Origin: Hydrolagus colliei
Taxonomy: Eukaryota
Length of the DNA: 64,000 bases
NCBI GenBank assembly: GCA_035084275.1
Contig: CM068761.1
Location: 8,432,001 to 8,496,000, forward strand
Direction: 5' to 3'
Shown here: one piece after another, positions 1 through 11,460 of the stretch
Layout of the letters: every line of letters starts with the position of its first letter
How positions within the stretch are numbered: position 1 is the first letter of the stretch
Position numbers and translations under genes: made by a program
The notes under the pieces: model-generated
Seen by the model: only the letters and a program-made list of their open reading frames with translations
Database searches by the model: none
What the model was told of the DNA's origin: nothing

Positions 1-215
1 TGAATGTGTGTGGCGGAGTGGATGTAGAGGGAGGGGTTGAGAGAGGAGAGGAGGGAGGAGAATTCTGAGGAGGTGGAGCAAGTGAGAGTGAAGTGGAGGT
101 TGATGTCGCCGAGGATGATGAGATGAAACGTGACATCCGATCGGAGGAGGATCAGCGGTAAGCTAGGAGTGTGGAGAAGTCAGAGGTGAAGGTTTGGGAG
201 AGTCAGTGCTGGAGG
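1..215 (-). mobile_element. L2-clade LINE fragment (endonuclease region), continues beyond the window start
   Basis: Same sequence as 52354-52565 and homologous to 33400-33540. Confidence 0.75.
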
Positions 216-220
216 TGACT

Positions 221-431
221 AAATATAAAAATAAGATAAAAAGGCCATTAAGAAAACACTGACTGGAGATGGTTGATGTGGTCATTGCAAACACACTCTG
301 GGGATCCGCACAAGAGGCAGGTAATCCCGCCTCTTCATCTGAATGACTCCGCCCCCTCCCACTCACTGATCACATCCACCATCTCCAGTAAGTATTCCCT
401 TAATAGTATTTAGTATCTTATTTATATATTT
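221..431. repeat. MITE-like imperfect palindrome with nested hairpin; paralogs at ~5692-5905, 52574-52784, 58034-58245
   Basis: Arms 221-284 and 367-431 are reverse-complementary; inner stem AAGAGGCAGG-TAAT-CCCGCCTCTT at 312-335. Confidence 0.6.
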
Positions 432-519
432 ACCAAATAACTAATATAAAATTTAGTCAGCTAATATCGCTTCGATTAATCCAATTGCTAATTATTTTTT
501 CTAGCTATTTATTAATTCG

Positions 520-790
520 TCAATGACGAATAATCGAAACAACCTATATTGAGACATATAGCGAGGAGTGCCCCTATATACGTGAGTAAAACAAGGCAGC
601 ACATTACACACAGGTGTAGCCCACAAACCGCTGGATTTAAATGACTACTTTATTGTTTTTTTAAGGGATTGTTAGGTATGTGATGTAAGTAAACTTGCCC
701 AATGTTTCGCGCTTCCTGGAATTGAGTCCAATTCTCTCACTTTTAAGGCATGCGCTCTATCCACTGAGTTACTAGACTCCTCAGTTGAAG
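520..790 (-). mobile_element. Degenerate tRNA-headed SINE; paralogs at ~6000-6255, 33590-33760, 52880-53140, 58350-58600
   Basis: Reverse strand TAACTCAGTGGATAGAGCGC..GGACTCAATTCC (A/B boxes) followed by a degenerate Deu-like core. Confidence 0.55.
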
Positions 791-1042
791 GGTCCTCAGG
801 CATCCATCAGTATATATATTATAATGATGATAATAGGAGGCGGCGCCAATTCATGCAGATAGATGGGTAATCTGTAATAAACCAGACATTAGAATAAAAA
901 ATAGATAGTAAATGTAGCAGAACACGTGTGGCTTTAATATGTGCTGACAACATAAGAAATAAGGAACTAGGGAAGATGAGGAACCATATCGATCTGGAAA
1001 TGGAATGTGGAAGACATGTTGCAGTATAAATCATACATAAAT

Positions 1043-1315
1043 CCTATAGTTGAATGTTTAGAGCACTCGCCATACAAGCAAGTGATCCGGTTTCAATTCC
1101 AGATAGGGCGCAATCTTGAGCAAGTTTCCATACACCATATGGCTCATCCCTCAAAAGAGGGAATCATAAATTGCTCACTTCAATCTGCAACTGTTTGTGG
1201 GACACTGCTGATATGTTCCGCTGATATATATTCACTATTTTTTGATAGATATCGGTCATTGTGTAAAGCGCTTTGAGACGTCTAGAAGATGAAAGGATTG
1301 GTATTATTACTTAGG
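1043..1315 (+). mobile_element. tRNA-headed Deu-domain SINE; paralogs at ~6540-6800, 34022-34290, 53395-53665, 58880-59140
   Basis: A/B-box head, core TTTGTGGGACACTGCTG.., L2-type tail GTAAAGCGCTTTGAGACGTC, matching the DeuSINE (AmnSINE1/SacSINE1) layout. Confidence 0.7.
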
Positions 1316-2379
1316 ATTTGTTTTAGTCGTCCATAAATATTTCCAAAGGAATAGTAACAATTTGTTGCGTTTTGTTTTGGTTTGATGCATCTGCAATCAT
1401 CTGGAAATCTTTGCATTGACAGCAATATTCTTAGACAATCAAAATAATCCATGTTTGTGATATTCGTGAATGTTTGAGTGGAAATGATACCTGTGCCTTT
1501 TGAAGTAAAGACAGAGGATCTCATAATTCAGTATGAATTTAACAGGGTGAAAATTTCGTCAAATTTTAAAATACCACAATAATCGGGTACATTTTGCCAC
1601 ATGTTGGATTTCTACCCAAGCTTCTGATAGATCAGATGTGGGAAGATTCAGGCGACGAACACTCAATCTGTGGAGGGCGCTGCCTCACAATAAATAAAAA
1701 CATTGCTTCACTCTCACCGAGGCAACAATTTTAAATGACTGTCAGTTTGAATTCTATAGCTTAAATGAAATCTATTCAGGTTGTTGCTACTTGTAGTGTC
1801 TGTTTTTGTAGCCAAACACAGTGCTTGTTTTGCAGCAGCAATATCACTCAACAAATGAAAAACAAAAATGGTAAATAATCTTATGCACAGTTATTCCTGG
1901 CTCCAAGACAAACTTTCTTTCACTTTCCATTAATTAATTCCATGGAAACTCTGATATCCACCTGAGCCATCAACAACTTCAATTAGCATCATATTGTAAA
2001 AATCTAATCTCACAAACTGAAGTGAAGTGATTGCAGTGTTTGCCCTAGATATGCCGATAAAAATCATGACAGGTGTTCAATTTTAATTATGATTCTATCA
2101 TTAATTCATTATAGATTATCGTAATTGGTGCCTCCAGAGTGACTATCAATATTACCACATTACTGTCTATCACAGTGCCTGACTTCCAATGTACATCACC
2201 ATGATGGCAGTGAAATCCTCAGTCCTTGCCTTTGAGAATTGATGTTTGTGATGTTGAGACGGTTCAAGGGCAATGTACTTCAGACTATCACATTTAGTTA
2301 ATTTTATGCCATGTGCTCCACCATAGTACAAGGCAATAATAACGAAAGACAAATGCAAGAACACTTTGAAATTATGCAT

Positions 2380-2860
2380 CATGTTGCATATTGGGAGTAT
2401 GCACCAAAACTCGTCATGCTTGCTTTGATTGGATTGAAATTGGGATGGGTGGAAGCATGACCAAGGCACGGTGAAAGAGAAAGGACTTTAGATGAGATTT
2501 CAAGGAGGGAAGGCAGGGCAAGTAAAGTGTTTCCTAGTCAGTGTTCCCAAGGAGTATGGCCAAAACATGTTGAAGGCCTTTCATGAGGAATGCAAGCATG
2601 ATATTTCTCGGCAGCGTGAATGAAGAGGTAATGGCAGTGTTGTTCCATGTAATGGAAGTGTGGGAATGCAGAACTGTGGGTGGCATCCATATTGGGATAA
2701 GGAAAGATCAGCCTCGAGGCTTTGTACAAGCTATGGGCGGTGAAAAATGAATGTGTTAATAGTGTCACTGTCAGTTCGTTGGGTGAGGAATTGCAGGCGG
2801 CCTTCACCTTGTCAACTTTAAACTGGAGAAAATTAGCCATTATTCAGGGCTTGATCACTG
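2380..2860 (-). mobile_element. Old L2-like linker fragment; paralogs at ~7430-7900, 17820-18300, 35380-35830, 54720-55190, 59810-60270
   Basis: ANFLQFKVDKVK resembles the L2 linker LDFLESKIEEI seen at 32700-32780; heavily degraded. Confidence 0.45.
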
Positions 2861-2929
2861 AAGATGGCAGAAAATACATTAAGAAATATGGAGGAACAGC
2901 TTGAACACGTATTTAGTTGTAAACAACAA

Positions 2930-3120
2930 CAACAAAATACAATTTGTATAGCGCCTTTCACATTGGCAGGACGTCCCAAGGAACTGACGAGTCAGGTAGG
3001 GACCAGAGCGGGGAGCAGCGGTCAGGGTAGGAGGAAGGAGAATAAGAGAAGTGACTGTATATTTGTGAGCAAAACACAGCAGCAAAAATTGCGCACAGCA
3101 GTGTCCCACGAATAATTCTG
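2930..3120 (-). mobile_element. Deu-SINE remnant next to the purine tract; paralogs at ~7985-8170, 18380-18507/21524-21590, 35900-35960/37080-37240, 55270-55460, 60360-60550
   Basis: Rev-comp tail (ATAGCGCCTTTCAC..GGACGTCCCAAG) and core (AAATTGCGCACAGCAGTGTCCCAC). Confidence 0.6.
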
Positions 3121-3129
3121 GTATTGGGT

Positions 3130-3655
3130 TTAGGGGAGAAAGGTGGAAAAGAGCATAATTGGGGAGAGGGAGGGAAAGGTGGGGTGAGGTAACGTCGGGG
3201 AGGAAAAGGGTAGGAGAAAGGGGGGTAAGGTGTCGATGGAGGGAAAGGTGGTGGGGGGGTTACAATCAGGGAGAAATGGGGGGAGTAAGGGGGTTAAGGG
3301 GAAATAGGGAGGGAAGGGATAAAAGGTGGAGAGGGAAAGAATGGGGGAAAAGGGAGCAGTTGGATGGAAGAGGGAGAAGAGAGGGAGGAAAGAGAGGGAA
3401 ATAAGGTTGGAAGAGAGGGAGGGGAAAGAAAGTGAAGCGGATAGAGAGGGTAGAGTTGAAAGAGCGAGAGGAAGGAAAGGGGGGGAAGAGTGGGTGAAAA
3501 GAAGGATGAAAGAGAGGCAATGAAAGAGGGAAGTAAAGAGGAGTGGGGTGTAGAACATTGAAATGGCAAAGCAGAGAGGTAAAAGGGGAGGAGAGAAAGG
3601 TGGAAAGGTAGCGAGGGAAGAAAAGGGGTGAAAGGTTAGAGGTCAAAAGGGAGTG
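3130..3655 (+). repeat. Polypurine (G/A-rich) low-complexity tract
   Basis: ~500 bp with very few C on the + strand. Confidence 0.9.
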
Positions 3656-3692
3656 ATTAATTAATGGCAACAAAAATAACAATAACAATAAT

Positions 3693-3845
3693 GAAGTCCT
3701 TGAGCTCGCCACTACTTGTCCTCGCCATCTGCCTGGACGATCTACTTAAGGTGGAACTGGACGTAGGTGAAGTGGGAGGAGACGGCCAACAGTGATGCGT
3801 TGAACAGCTCCTGCTCGGCCTCCAGCCACTGCAGTTTCTAAGGGA
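3693..3845 (-). pseudogene. RUNDC1-like N-terminal fragment, copy 1
   Basis: KLQWLEAEQELFNASLLAVSSHFTYVQFHLK*IVQADGEDK/ELKDF resembles the RUNDC1 motif LEEEQE.LNSSLLAL.SHFAQVQFRLKQIV..ELEDF (recognised from memory). Confidence 0.72.
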
Positions 3846-3886
3846 TTTGGCCTAGTGTGGTGACATGCCCCAAACCAACCGGCTCC

Positions 3887-4209
3887 TCAGCTGGTGTACT
3901 TGGTGATGGCCTTGATGCTCTCGGACACGGCATGGTTGGCCAGCTCACCCAACAGCAGCAGCCTGACCGCCATCTGGATCTCCCGCGATGAGATGGTCTG
4001 CCACTTGCTATACTAGATCAGGTAATAGGCCTCGCAGGCGATCCACTCAAAGATGTCATTGAAGAACGAGTTCACACATTCATGGCCGACGATGGGTGGA
4101 TCTGCTTCAGCACCTTGTACATGTATGAGGTGTAACTGTGTCCTGCGCTTGCGGTAGTGGCGTCTAACCCTGCTGTTTGTCCGCTGCCAGCGCCTTTTTC
4201 AGGGACCAT
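3887..4209 (-). pseudogene. Histone H2B pseudogene, copy 1
   Basis: Reverse strand reads [66 protein letters not shown], with frameshifts and a stop. Confidence 0.9.
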
Positions 4210-4849
4210 CGAAGTGGTCAGCGGCTTGGGATGTCTTTCTGATGTGAAAGTTGCTCTATAAATGTAATTTTGTTGTTGTTGTTCAGTCCCATATTTCTAT
4301 GTTCTGTTGATAAATTTGATCAGTTTAATCAAAATAATGCTAACTATGATAATGATAACTGGATACCTGGGCTAAATCATTTGCTGACTTTAAACAAAAT
4401 CCAATTATGACTACATGTCATAATGCACATGAAGAAGCAAACGCTTTGTATGCTGTCCAGCAATGACACAAGTAAAATTAGCATTGATTTCAATGACCAT
4501 CATGGCCGAGAAACTGTAAGATATTAAAATGCACAAATTGGCTTCCACATTTACCTAAATAATATACGCAATATATCCAGTAAAGCATCACTTGAAATGA
4601 AAAGTCATCATTAAATGAAAGGTACTTTCTCAAAGGTGTTATTATTTATTTCATTTTTAATACACTACAAGTGAGAGTTTTTTTTATTGATGGTCACTTT
4701 GGATTTCTAAGTATGAGCAAATCACTTGACCTTGACCTGTCAAAAACATGCATTGGATCATCGCATGCGAAGACTTCCATAAAAGTGAGTTTTCAAATTT
4801 GAAGAATTGAGTGTATCACCTTCTGAAATGCACTGGTGTGTATGTCCTA

Positions 4850-5690
4850 TCCAGCATCTCCTCACAGTGGGAGTTAGAGGAAAGGACCTGCGAGGCAAGG
4901 CAAGGTGATGGGTGGGGGGACGGGGACGACAATGGGGGTATGGAGGATCTGGTTGGTGGTGGAGAAAGGAAGCCGGGGGTTGTACTTCACCTCCAGGATT
5001 ATCATAGAGAAGAAGGACGATTTGGTGGAGGCTAGAGTGGAGCCTAGAATGGAACGGTAGGGCAAAGTGAGGTACAGCCATATATGCCAGTGGACCGTTA
5101 AGCGGGATTTGAAACAGGTGCTTTCAATGGCCCGCACCTGGCCCTTGAGGAAACGGAAGTTCGTGGTGAACCAGGGTGAGGTTCGGGAGCAGGAGGCATT
5201 CAGTAGGTGAGGGGGACAAGCACGTCATGTGGTGGAGAGGGTATTGTGGAGGAGAGTGAGTGCAGATGATAGGTCAGTGCTGAGGGTGGCCAGAGGGAGA
5301 GGAGTTTGGAGGCAAGCAGAGAACGTTTATGGGGGGATCCTCTGCCATGGCCGGTAGAAGATGGTGATTTCTTGGGGTGGAGGGGAGAGTGATTGGAGAT
5401 GGCCTTGTTGGTGATAGTGAGATCGGAGACACTGAAGCTCAGTGTGATCACCAAGTTAAACGGGTGGCCGTGAACGTGTGTGGCGGAGTGGATGTGGATG
5501 GAAAGGTTGAGAGAGGAGAGGAGGGAGGAGAATTCTGAGGAGGTGGAGCAAGCGGCGATGAAGTGGAGGTTGATGTCGTCGAGGATGATGAGATGAAACG
5601 TGACATCCGATCGGAGGAGGCGCAGAGGTATGCTAGGAGTGTGGAGAAGTCAGAGATGAAGGATTGGGAGAGTCAGTGCTGGAGGTGATA
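4850..5690 (-). mobile_element. L2-clade LINE fragment (EN and linker)
   Basis: Homologous to 32776-33540; begins at a deletion junction at ~4849. Confidence 0.8.
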
Positions 5691-8174
5691 AAATGTAGAA
5701 ATAAGATAAAAAGGTAATTAAGAGAACACTGACAGGAGATGGTTGATGTGGTCATTGCAAACACACTCTTGGGATCCGCACAAGAGGCAGGTAATCCCGC
5801 CTCTTCATCTGAATGACTCCGCCCCCTCCCACTCACTGATCACATCCACCATCTCCAGTAAGTGTTCCCTTAATAGTATTTATTATCTTATTTATATATT
5901 TACTAAACAACTGATATTAAATTTTATCAGCTAATATCACTTCAATTAATCCAATTGCTAATTATTGTTTCTAACTATTTATTAATTCGTCAATGACAAA
6001 TAATTGAAACAACGAATATTGAGACATATAGTGAGAAGTGCCCGTATATACGTGAGGAAAACAAGGCAGTACATTACTCACAGGTGTGCTCCACAAACCG
6101 CTGGATTTAAATGACCAATATATTATTGTTTTTTTGAGGGATTGTTAGGTATGTGGTGTCAGGGAATTTGCTCAATGTTTCACCCTTCCTGGAATTGAGC
6201 CCAATTCTCTCGCTTTTAAGGCACTTGCTGTATCCACTGAGCTACTGGACTGCTCACTTGAAGGGTTTATTATAATGATGATAATAGGAGGCGGCACCAT
6301 TTCATGCAGATAAATGGATAATATGTCTGTTATCAACCACATATTAGAATAAAAAACCAAAAATACATAGTAAATGTAGCAGAACACGTGTGGTGCTCTG
6401 TGTGCTCCAGCACTGACTCTCCCAAACCTTCATATGTGCTGACAACATAAGCAATAAGGAACGAGGGAAGATGAGAAAATATATCGATCTGGAAATGGAA
6501 TGGGGACGACATGTTGCAGTACAAATCAAACATATATCCTATAGTTCAATGTTTAGAGCACTCGTCACACAAGCAAGTGACCTGGATTCAATTCTAGACA
6601 GGGCAAAATCTTGAGCAAGTTTTCATACACAATTATGCCTAATCCATCAAAAGTGGTAATAATAAATTGCTAACTTAAATCTGCGACTGTTTGTGGGCAC
6701 TGCTGACATGTTTCGCCCACATTCATTCACTTTTTGTTTGAGGGACCTTGTGTAAAGCGCTTTGAGACGTCTAGAAGATGAAAGGATTGGTATTATAATT
6801 TAGGATTTGTTTTATTCATCCATAAATAGTTCTAAAGGAATAGAAACACGTTCTTGTGTTTTGTTTTGGCTTGATGCGTCTTGTGTGCAATCATCTGCAA
6901 TCATCTGGAAGTATTTGCATTGACAGCAATATTCTTAGAGAAACAAAATAATCCATGTTTGTGATATACGTGAATGTTTGAATGGAAATGATACCTGTGC
7001 CTATTGAAATAGAGACAGAGCTTCTGATGGTTCAGTATGAATTTAACAGGGTGACAATTTCTTCAAACTTTAAAATACAACATTAATCTGGTACTTTTAG
7101 TCACACCTTGGATTTCTACCCAAGCTTCTGATACGTCAGATGTGGGCAGATTCAGGCGAGGAACACTCATTCTGTGAATGGCGCTATCTCACAATAAATA
7201 AAAACGTTTCCTCACTCTCACTGAGGCAACAATTTTGAATGAGTGTCCGTTTGAATTTCACAGCTTATATGAAATCTACTCAGGTTATTGCTACTTGTAA
7301 TGTCTGCGTTTGTAGCCAAACACAGTGCTTGTTTTGCAGTAGCAATATCACTCAACAAATGAGCAACAAAAATTGTAAATAATCTTATGTATAGACAAAT
7401 GCAAGAACACGTTGCATTTATGCAGCATGTTGCCAAAACTCGTCATCCGTGCTGTGATTGGATTGAAATTGGGATGGGTGGAAGCATGACTAAGGCACGG
7501 TGAAAGAGAAAGGAATTTAGATGCGATTTCAAAGAGGGAAGGCAGTACAAGGCAAAGTGTTTCCCAGACAGTTTTTCCAAGGAATATGGCCAAGACATGA
7601 TGAAGGCCTTTTGCGATGAATGCAAGAATGATTGGCTCTGCAGCGTGAGTGGAGAGACAGTGGCAGTGTTGTTCAGTGTAGTGGAAGTGCGGGAATACAG
7701 AACTGTGGGTGGCATCCATATTGGGATAAAGAAAGATGAGCATCCAAGAGAATACTGACGCTTTGTGGAAGCACTTGCTGGTGAAATACGAATCTGTTAA
7801 TAGTGTCGTTGTCAGTTCTTTGGGTTAGGAACTCCAGACAGGAGCCAAATAAGGCGGCCTTCACTTTGTCAACTTTAAGCTGGAAAAAAGTAGCCATTAT
7901 TAAGGGCTTGATCCGTGAAAATGGCAGGAAACACATTGAGAAATATGGAGGAACAGCTTGAATACAGGTTTATTTGTAAACAACAACAACAACAAAATTA
8001 CATTTCTATAGCGCCTTTCACATTGGGCGGACGTCCCATGGCGCTGAACTGTCAGGTGTGTACCTGAGCAGGGGTCGGTGTAGGGGGAAGGAGAGTAAGA
8101 GAATTGACGGTATATTTGTGGGTGAAACACGGCAACCAAACTGCGCACAGCAGTGTGCCACAAATAGTCGTGGG

Positions 8175-8700
8175 AGTGGGGTTAGGGGAGAAAGGGGGAA
8201 AAGAGCATAAGGAGGATAGGGAGGGAAAGGTGAGGTGAGGTACATTTGGCAGGAAATGTGTAGGAGAAAGCGGGTAAGGTGGAGAGGAAGGTAAAGGTGA
8301 GGGTTTCAAATCTGGGAGAAATGGGGTTAAAGGGAAACAGGGAAGGAAGGGAGAAAATGGGTAGAGGGAAAGAATGGGGGAAAAGGGAGCAGAAGGAAGA
8401 ATGAGGGAGAAGAGTGGGGAGGGAAAAGAGGGAAGAAAGGAGGGAAGATAGGGAGGGGAAAGAAAGGGAAGTGGACAGAGAGGGTAGGGGTGAAAGAGCG
8501 AGCGGAAAGAAAGGCGGCGGGGGGGGGGGGGGGGGGGGGAAAGATGGAGTGAAGAGAGAAGAGGAAAGAGAAGCAATGAAAGAGGGAAGTAAAGAGCGGA
8601 TTAGAGATAGGCAAATAAGGGAGGTAAAAAGGGAGGAGAGAAAGGGGGAAAGGGAGCAAGGGAAGAAAATTGGGGAAAGGTTAAGGTGGAAAAGGGGGGT
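8175..8700 (+). repeat. Polypurine tract including a G21 run (8519-8539)
   Basis: Composition. Confidence 0.9.
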
Positions 8701-8740
8701 ATTAATCAATGCCAACAAAAATAACAACAATAACAATAAT

Positions 8741-8890
8741 GAAGACCTTGAGCTCACAACTCCTTGTCCTCATCATCTGCCTGGACGATCTGTTTGAGGT
8801 GGAACTGGAATTGGGTGCAATGGGAGGTGAGGGCAAACAGTGATGAGTTGAACACTCCTGCTCGGACTCCAGCTGCTGCAGTTCCTCGGC
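8741..8890 (-). pseudogene. RUNDC1-like N-terminal fragment, copy 2
   Basis: MAEELQQLESEQE/FNSSLFALTSHCTQFQFHLKQIVQADDEDKE/ELKVF. Confidence 0.75.
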
Positions 8891-8960
8891 CATGATGGTC
8901 AGGGCCAGGAATTGGGCCTAGTGTGGTGACAATAGTGTGGCCCCAAAACTGACTGGCTCT

Positions 8961-9285
8961 TCAGCTGGTGTACTTGGTGATGGCCTTGGTGCTCTCAGAC
9001 ATGGCATGTTTGGCCAGCTCACCCGGCAGCAGCAGCCTGATCGCCATCTGGATCTCCCACGATGCCACTTGCTATACTGGATCAGGTAATAGGTCTCGAA
9101 GGCGATCCACTCAACGATGTCGTTGGCGAACTAGTTCACCACATTCATGGCCGACGATGAGATGCCCGTGTTCTTGTGGACCTGCTTCAGCACCTTGTAC
9201 ATGTATGAGGTGTAACTCTGTGTCCTGCGCGTGTGGTGTCTAACTCAGCTGCCCGTCCGCCAGCGTCGCATTTTTCAGGTACCAC
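8961..9285 (-). pseudogene. Histone H2B pseudogene, copy 2
   Basis: [25 protein letters not shown] with frameshift. Confidence 0.9.
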
Positions 9286-11460
9286 CAAACTGGTCAGCGG
9301 CTTATGATGTCTTTCCAATGTGAAAGGTGCTCCATAAATGTAATTTTGTTGTTGTTGTTCAGTCCCATATTTCTATGTTCTGTTAATAAGTTTGATCAGT
9401 TTAATTAAAATAATCGTAACTATGATAATGATAACTGGATACCTGGGATAAATCATCTGCTCCAATGACTTTAAACAAAATTCAATTATGACTACATGTC
9501 ACAATGCACACGAAGAAGAAAACACTTTGTATCCTATCCAGCGATGACACAATTAAAATGAGCATTGACTTCAATAACCATTATGGCTGAGAAACTGTAA
9601 GATATTAATATGCACAAATTGGCATCCACATTTACCTAAATAATATACGCCAGTGAAGCATCACTTGAAACGAAAACTCATCATTAAATGAAAGGTACTT
9701 TCTCAACGGTATTATTATTTATTTCTTTTTTAATACACTACAAGTGTGAGTTTTTTTATTGAAGGCCATTTTGGATTTCTATGTATGAGCAAATCATTTG
9801 ATCTTGACCTGTCAAAAATGTGCATTGAATGATCGCATGCTTCCATACAAGCGAGTTTTCAAATTTGTATGTCCTACACTGGTGGAGGTGCCATCCTTTG
9901 CATTACACTTGAAACCAAATACCATTTTCTTGTTAATTTGGAAGTTAAGGATCCCATGTCACAATGGAAATGGGGAACAAAGCGTTTGGTGTCCTGGCCA
10001 ACAATTGCCCCAAGTAAAACTATCATTCATTTCAAGGCTGTTTGTGAAACATCACCATACACTGATTTGCTGCTTCATTTTTCCAAACAGCATGCACAGG
10101 ATATTCCGCGAAGCATCGTGACAGGTCCTCTTGCTAAGAAACGTGCTTTGTCAAAAGTGTTATCTATTTATTTCATTTAAAAGTACATGTATTATGGAAG
10201 TGTTCAGTTTAAAAATGAATGCAGTGTTGGGTTTTCTATGCATGTGGAAGTTACTTTGACGTGTCCTAAATGTGCATGGGATCAGCGCATGGTCAGAAAT
10301 GAATACACGTGAGAGGGAACTCTGGGGGAATCTTCACTTGAGGACTGTTCTTTTAGCGGGTTGTGTAACATTAATCTGCTTTTACGCTTCCCGTTCCAGT
10401 CTATAGCACAATTTCTATGTCAATGACATGTCCAGAAGATGGGACGTATGTCTTTGTATATTGATGCCATTATATCTCTGTTCCCTGGAAGGAAAAGTAG
10501 ATTAACAGCCGTTCATGTTTTATCAGAAAAAGCAATGGCTGCAAATTAATTCACTGTGGCACTGATCTGGCTGTGATTCGCACAGGATGACTCCAGTCTC
10601 TGTTAAAGGGAACGTAACCGAAAAAATGTGTGGACAACCTGTGTGTGGATTTTATTTGGTATTTTGTTTTGAATTGATGTCATAACAAATATATTGATAA
10701 CTAAATACATGTTTGCAAACATCTTAAACCCTTCTCTTTTGGTACCACGACTGTCTCCAGGTAAATCCCTTCGATCGAATAAGAAATAACTATCAAAAAG
10801 TCAAAACAAACCCAAATATGTCTATATGTGTGTGTGAGGGACGGGTAATAGCAAATGACAGTCGCCCCTCACGATTAATGTGTTGTTGTTCCCCAGGCTG
10901 GTTGATGAAGAGAGCCGGCACTGTATTCATTGTATATAACTTTGCATGAAAGAAACGTTCTTTTATCATCGGGAAATGTGAATCGCGCTATCATTCTGCT
11001 GTTAAATATATTACATCTGCAGTGAGGCATGGTGCAGTAAAGGGAATCCTAGCGTGAGGGCAGGGCTGGTAGCTGCCAGAAGGTGAATTGGAAAAAAGTA
11101 TTTCAGAAATAGATAAACCGTATTTGTGAGGATCCCTGTCGCCGGCTGTGAAGTGTGACGTGCACGGCAGGGTCTGTATCAGTTCAGGTGAGGCTTGTCA
11201 GTGTGTAAACTGTAACTGAATGAAAATATGAAACTTTCCCAACTACAAATTATCTTTCATCGGAACAAGCTTCACAAGTGAATAAATCTCCTTGTACCTG
11301 GGCAAGCGAATCTTGCAGGATTCACACACTGCAAAGCGGTGAACTACATGAATATTTAATAGAATAAGACCACGACACTGTCAATAATTGAAGTTTGTGC
11401 TATTTAAAAAAAGCTCTGTTTCACACTGCAATTGAAAACTAGCATCATTTTCTGATGTCT

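Noticed and set aside
715-780. tRNA-like sequences (also ~1045, 6190, 11461, 25511) as tRNA genes
   Set aside because: Only A/B-box remnants without full cloverleaf pairing, and each is followed by a SINE body
3130-3712. Long Pro/Leu/Phe- or Gly/Arg/Glu-rich ORFs here and in the other purine tracts
   Set aside because: Low-complexity artefacts open in several frames, with no domain motifs
4030-4050. ACEA motif suggesting an H2B.K-like variant origin
   Set aside because: One substitution from canonical AGEA in a decayed pseudogene; cannot be decided without a phylogeny
6913-6920. Additional ATTTGCAT (also 59283)
   Set aside because: Lies in the repeat block far from any leader and is not conserved in paralogous blocks (~1410, ~34390)
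8519-8539. G21 homopolymer as a meaningful element
   Set aside because: Interrupted in the duplicate (~60895-60915); may be a homopolymer sequencing or consensus error
9790-11300. Conserved upstream sequence with ~100-aa ORFs (9798, 9869, 38842, 62174)
   Set aside because: Frames are not preserved between monomers and no protein motif was recognised; similarity reflects duplication
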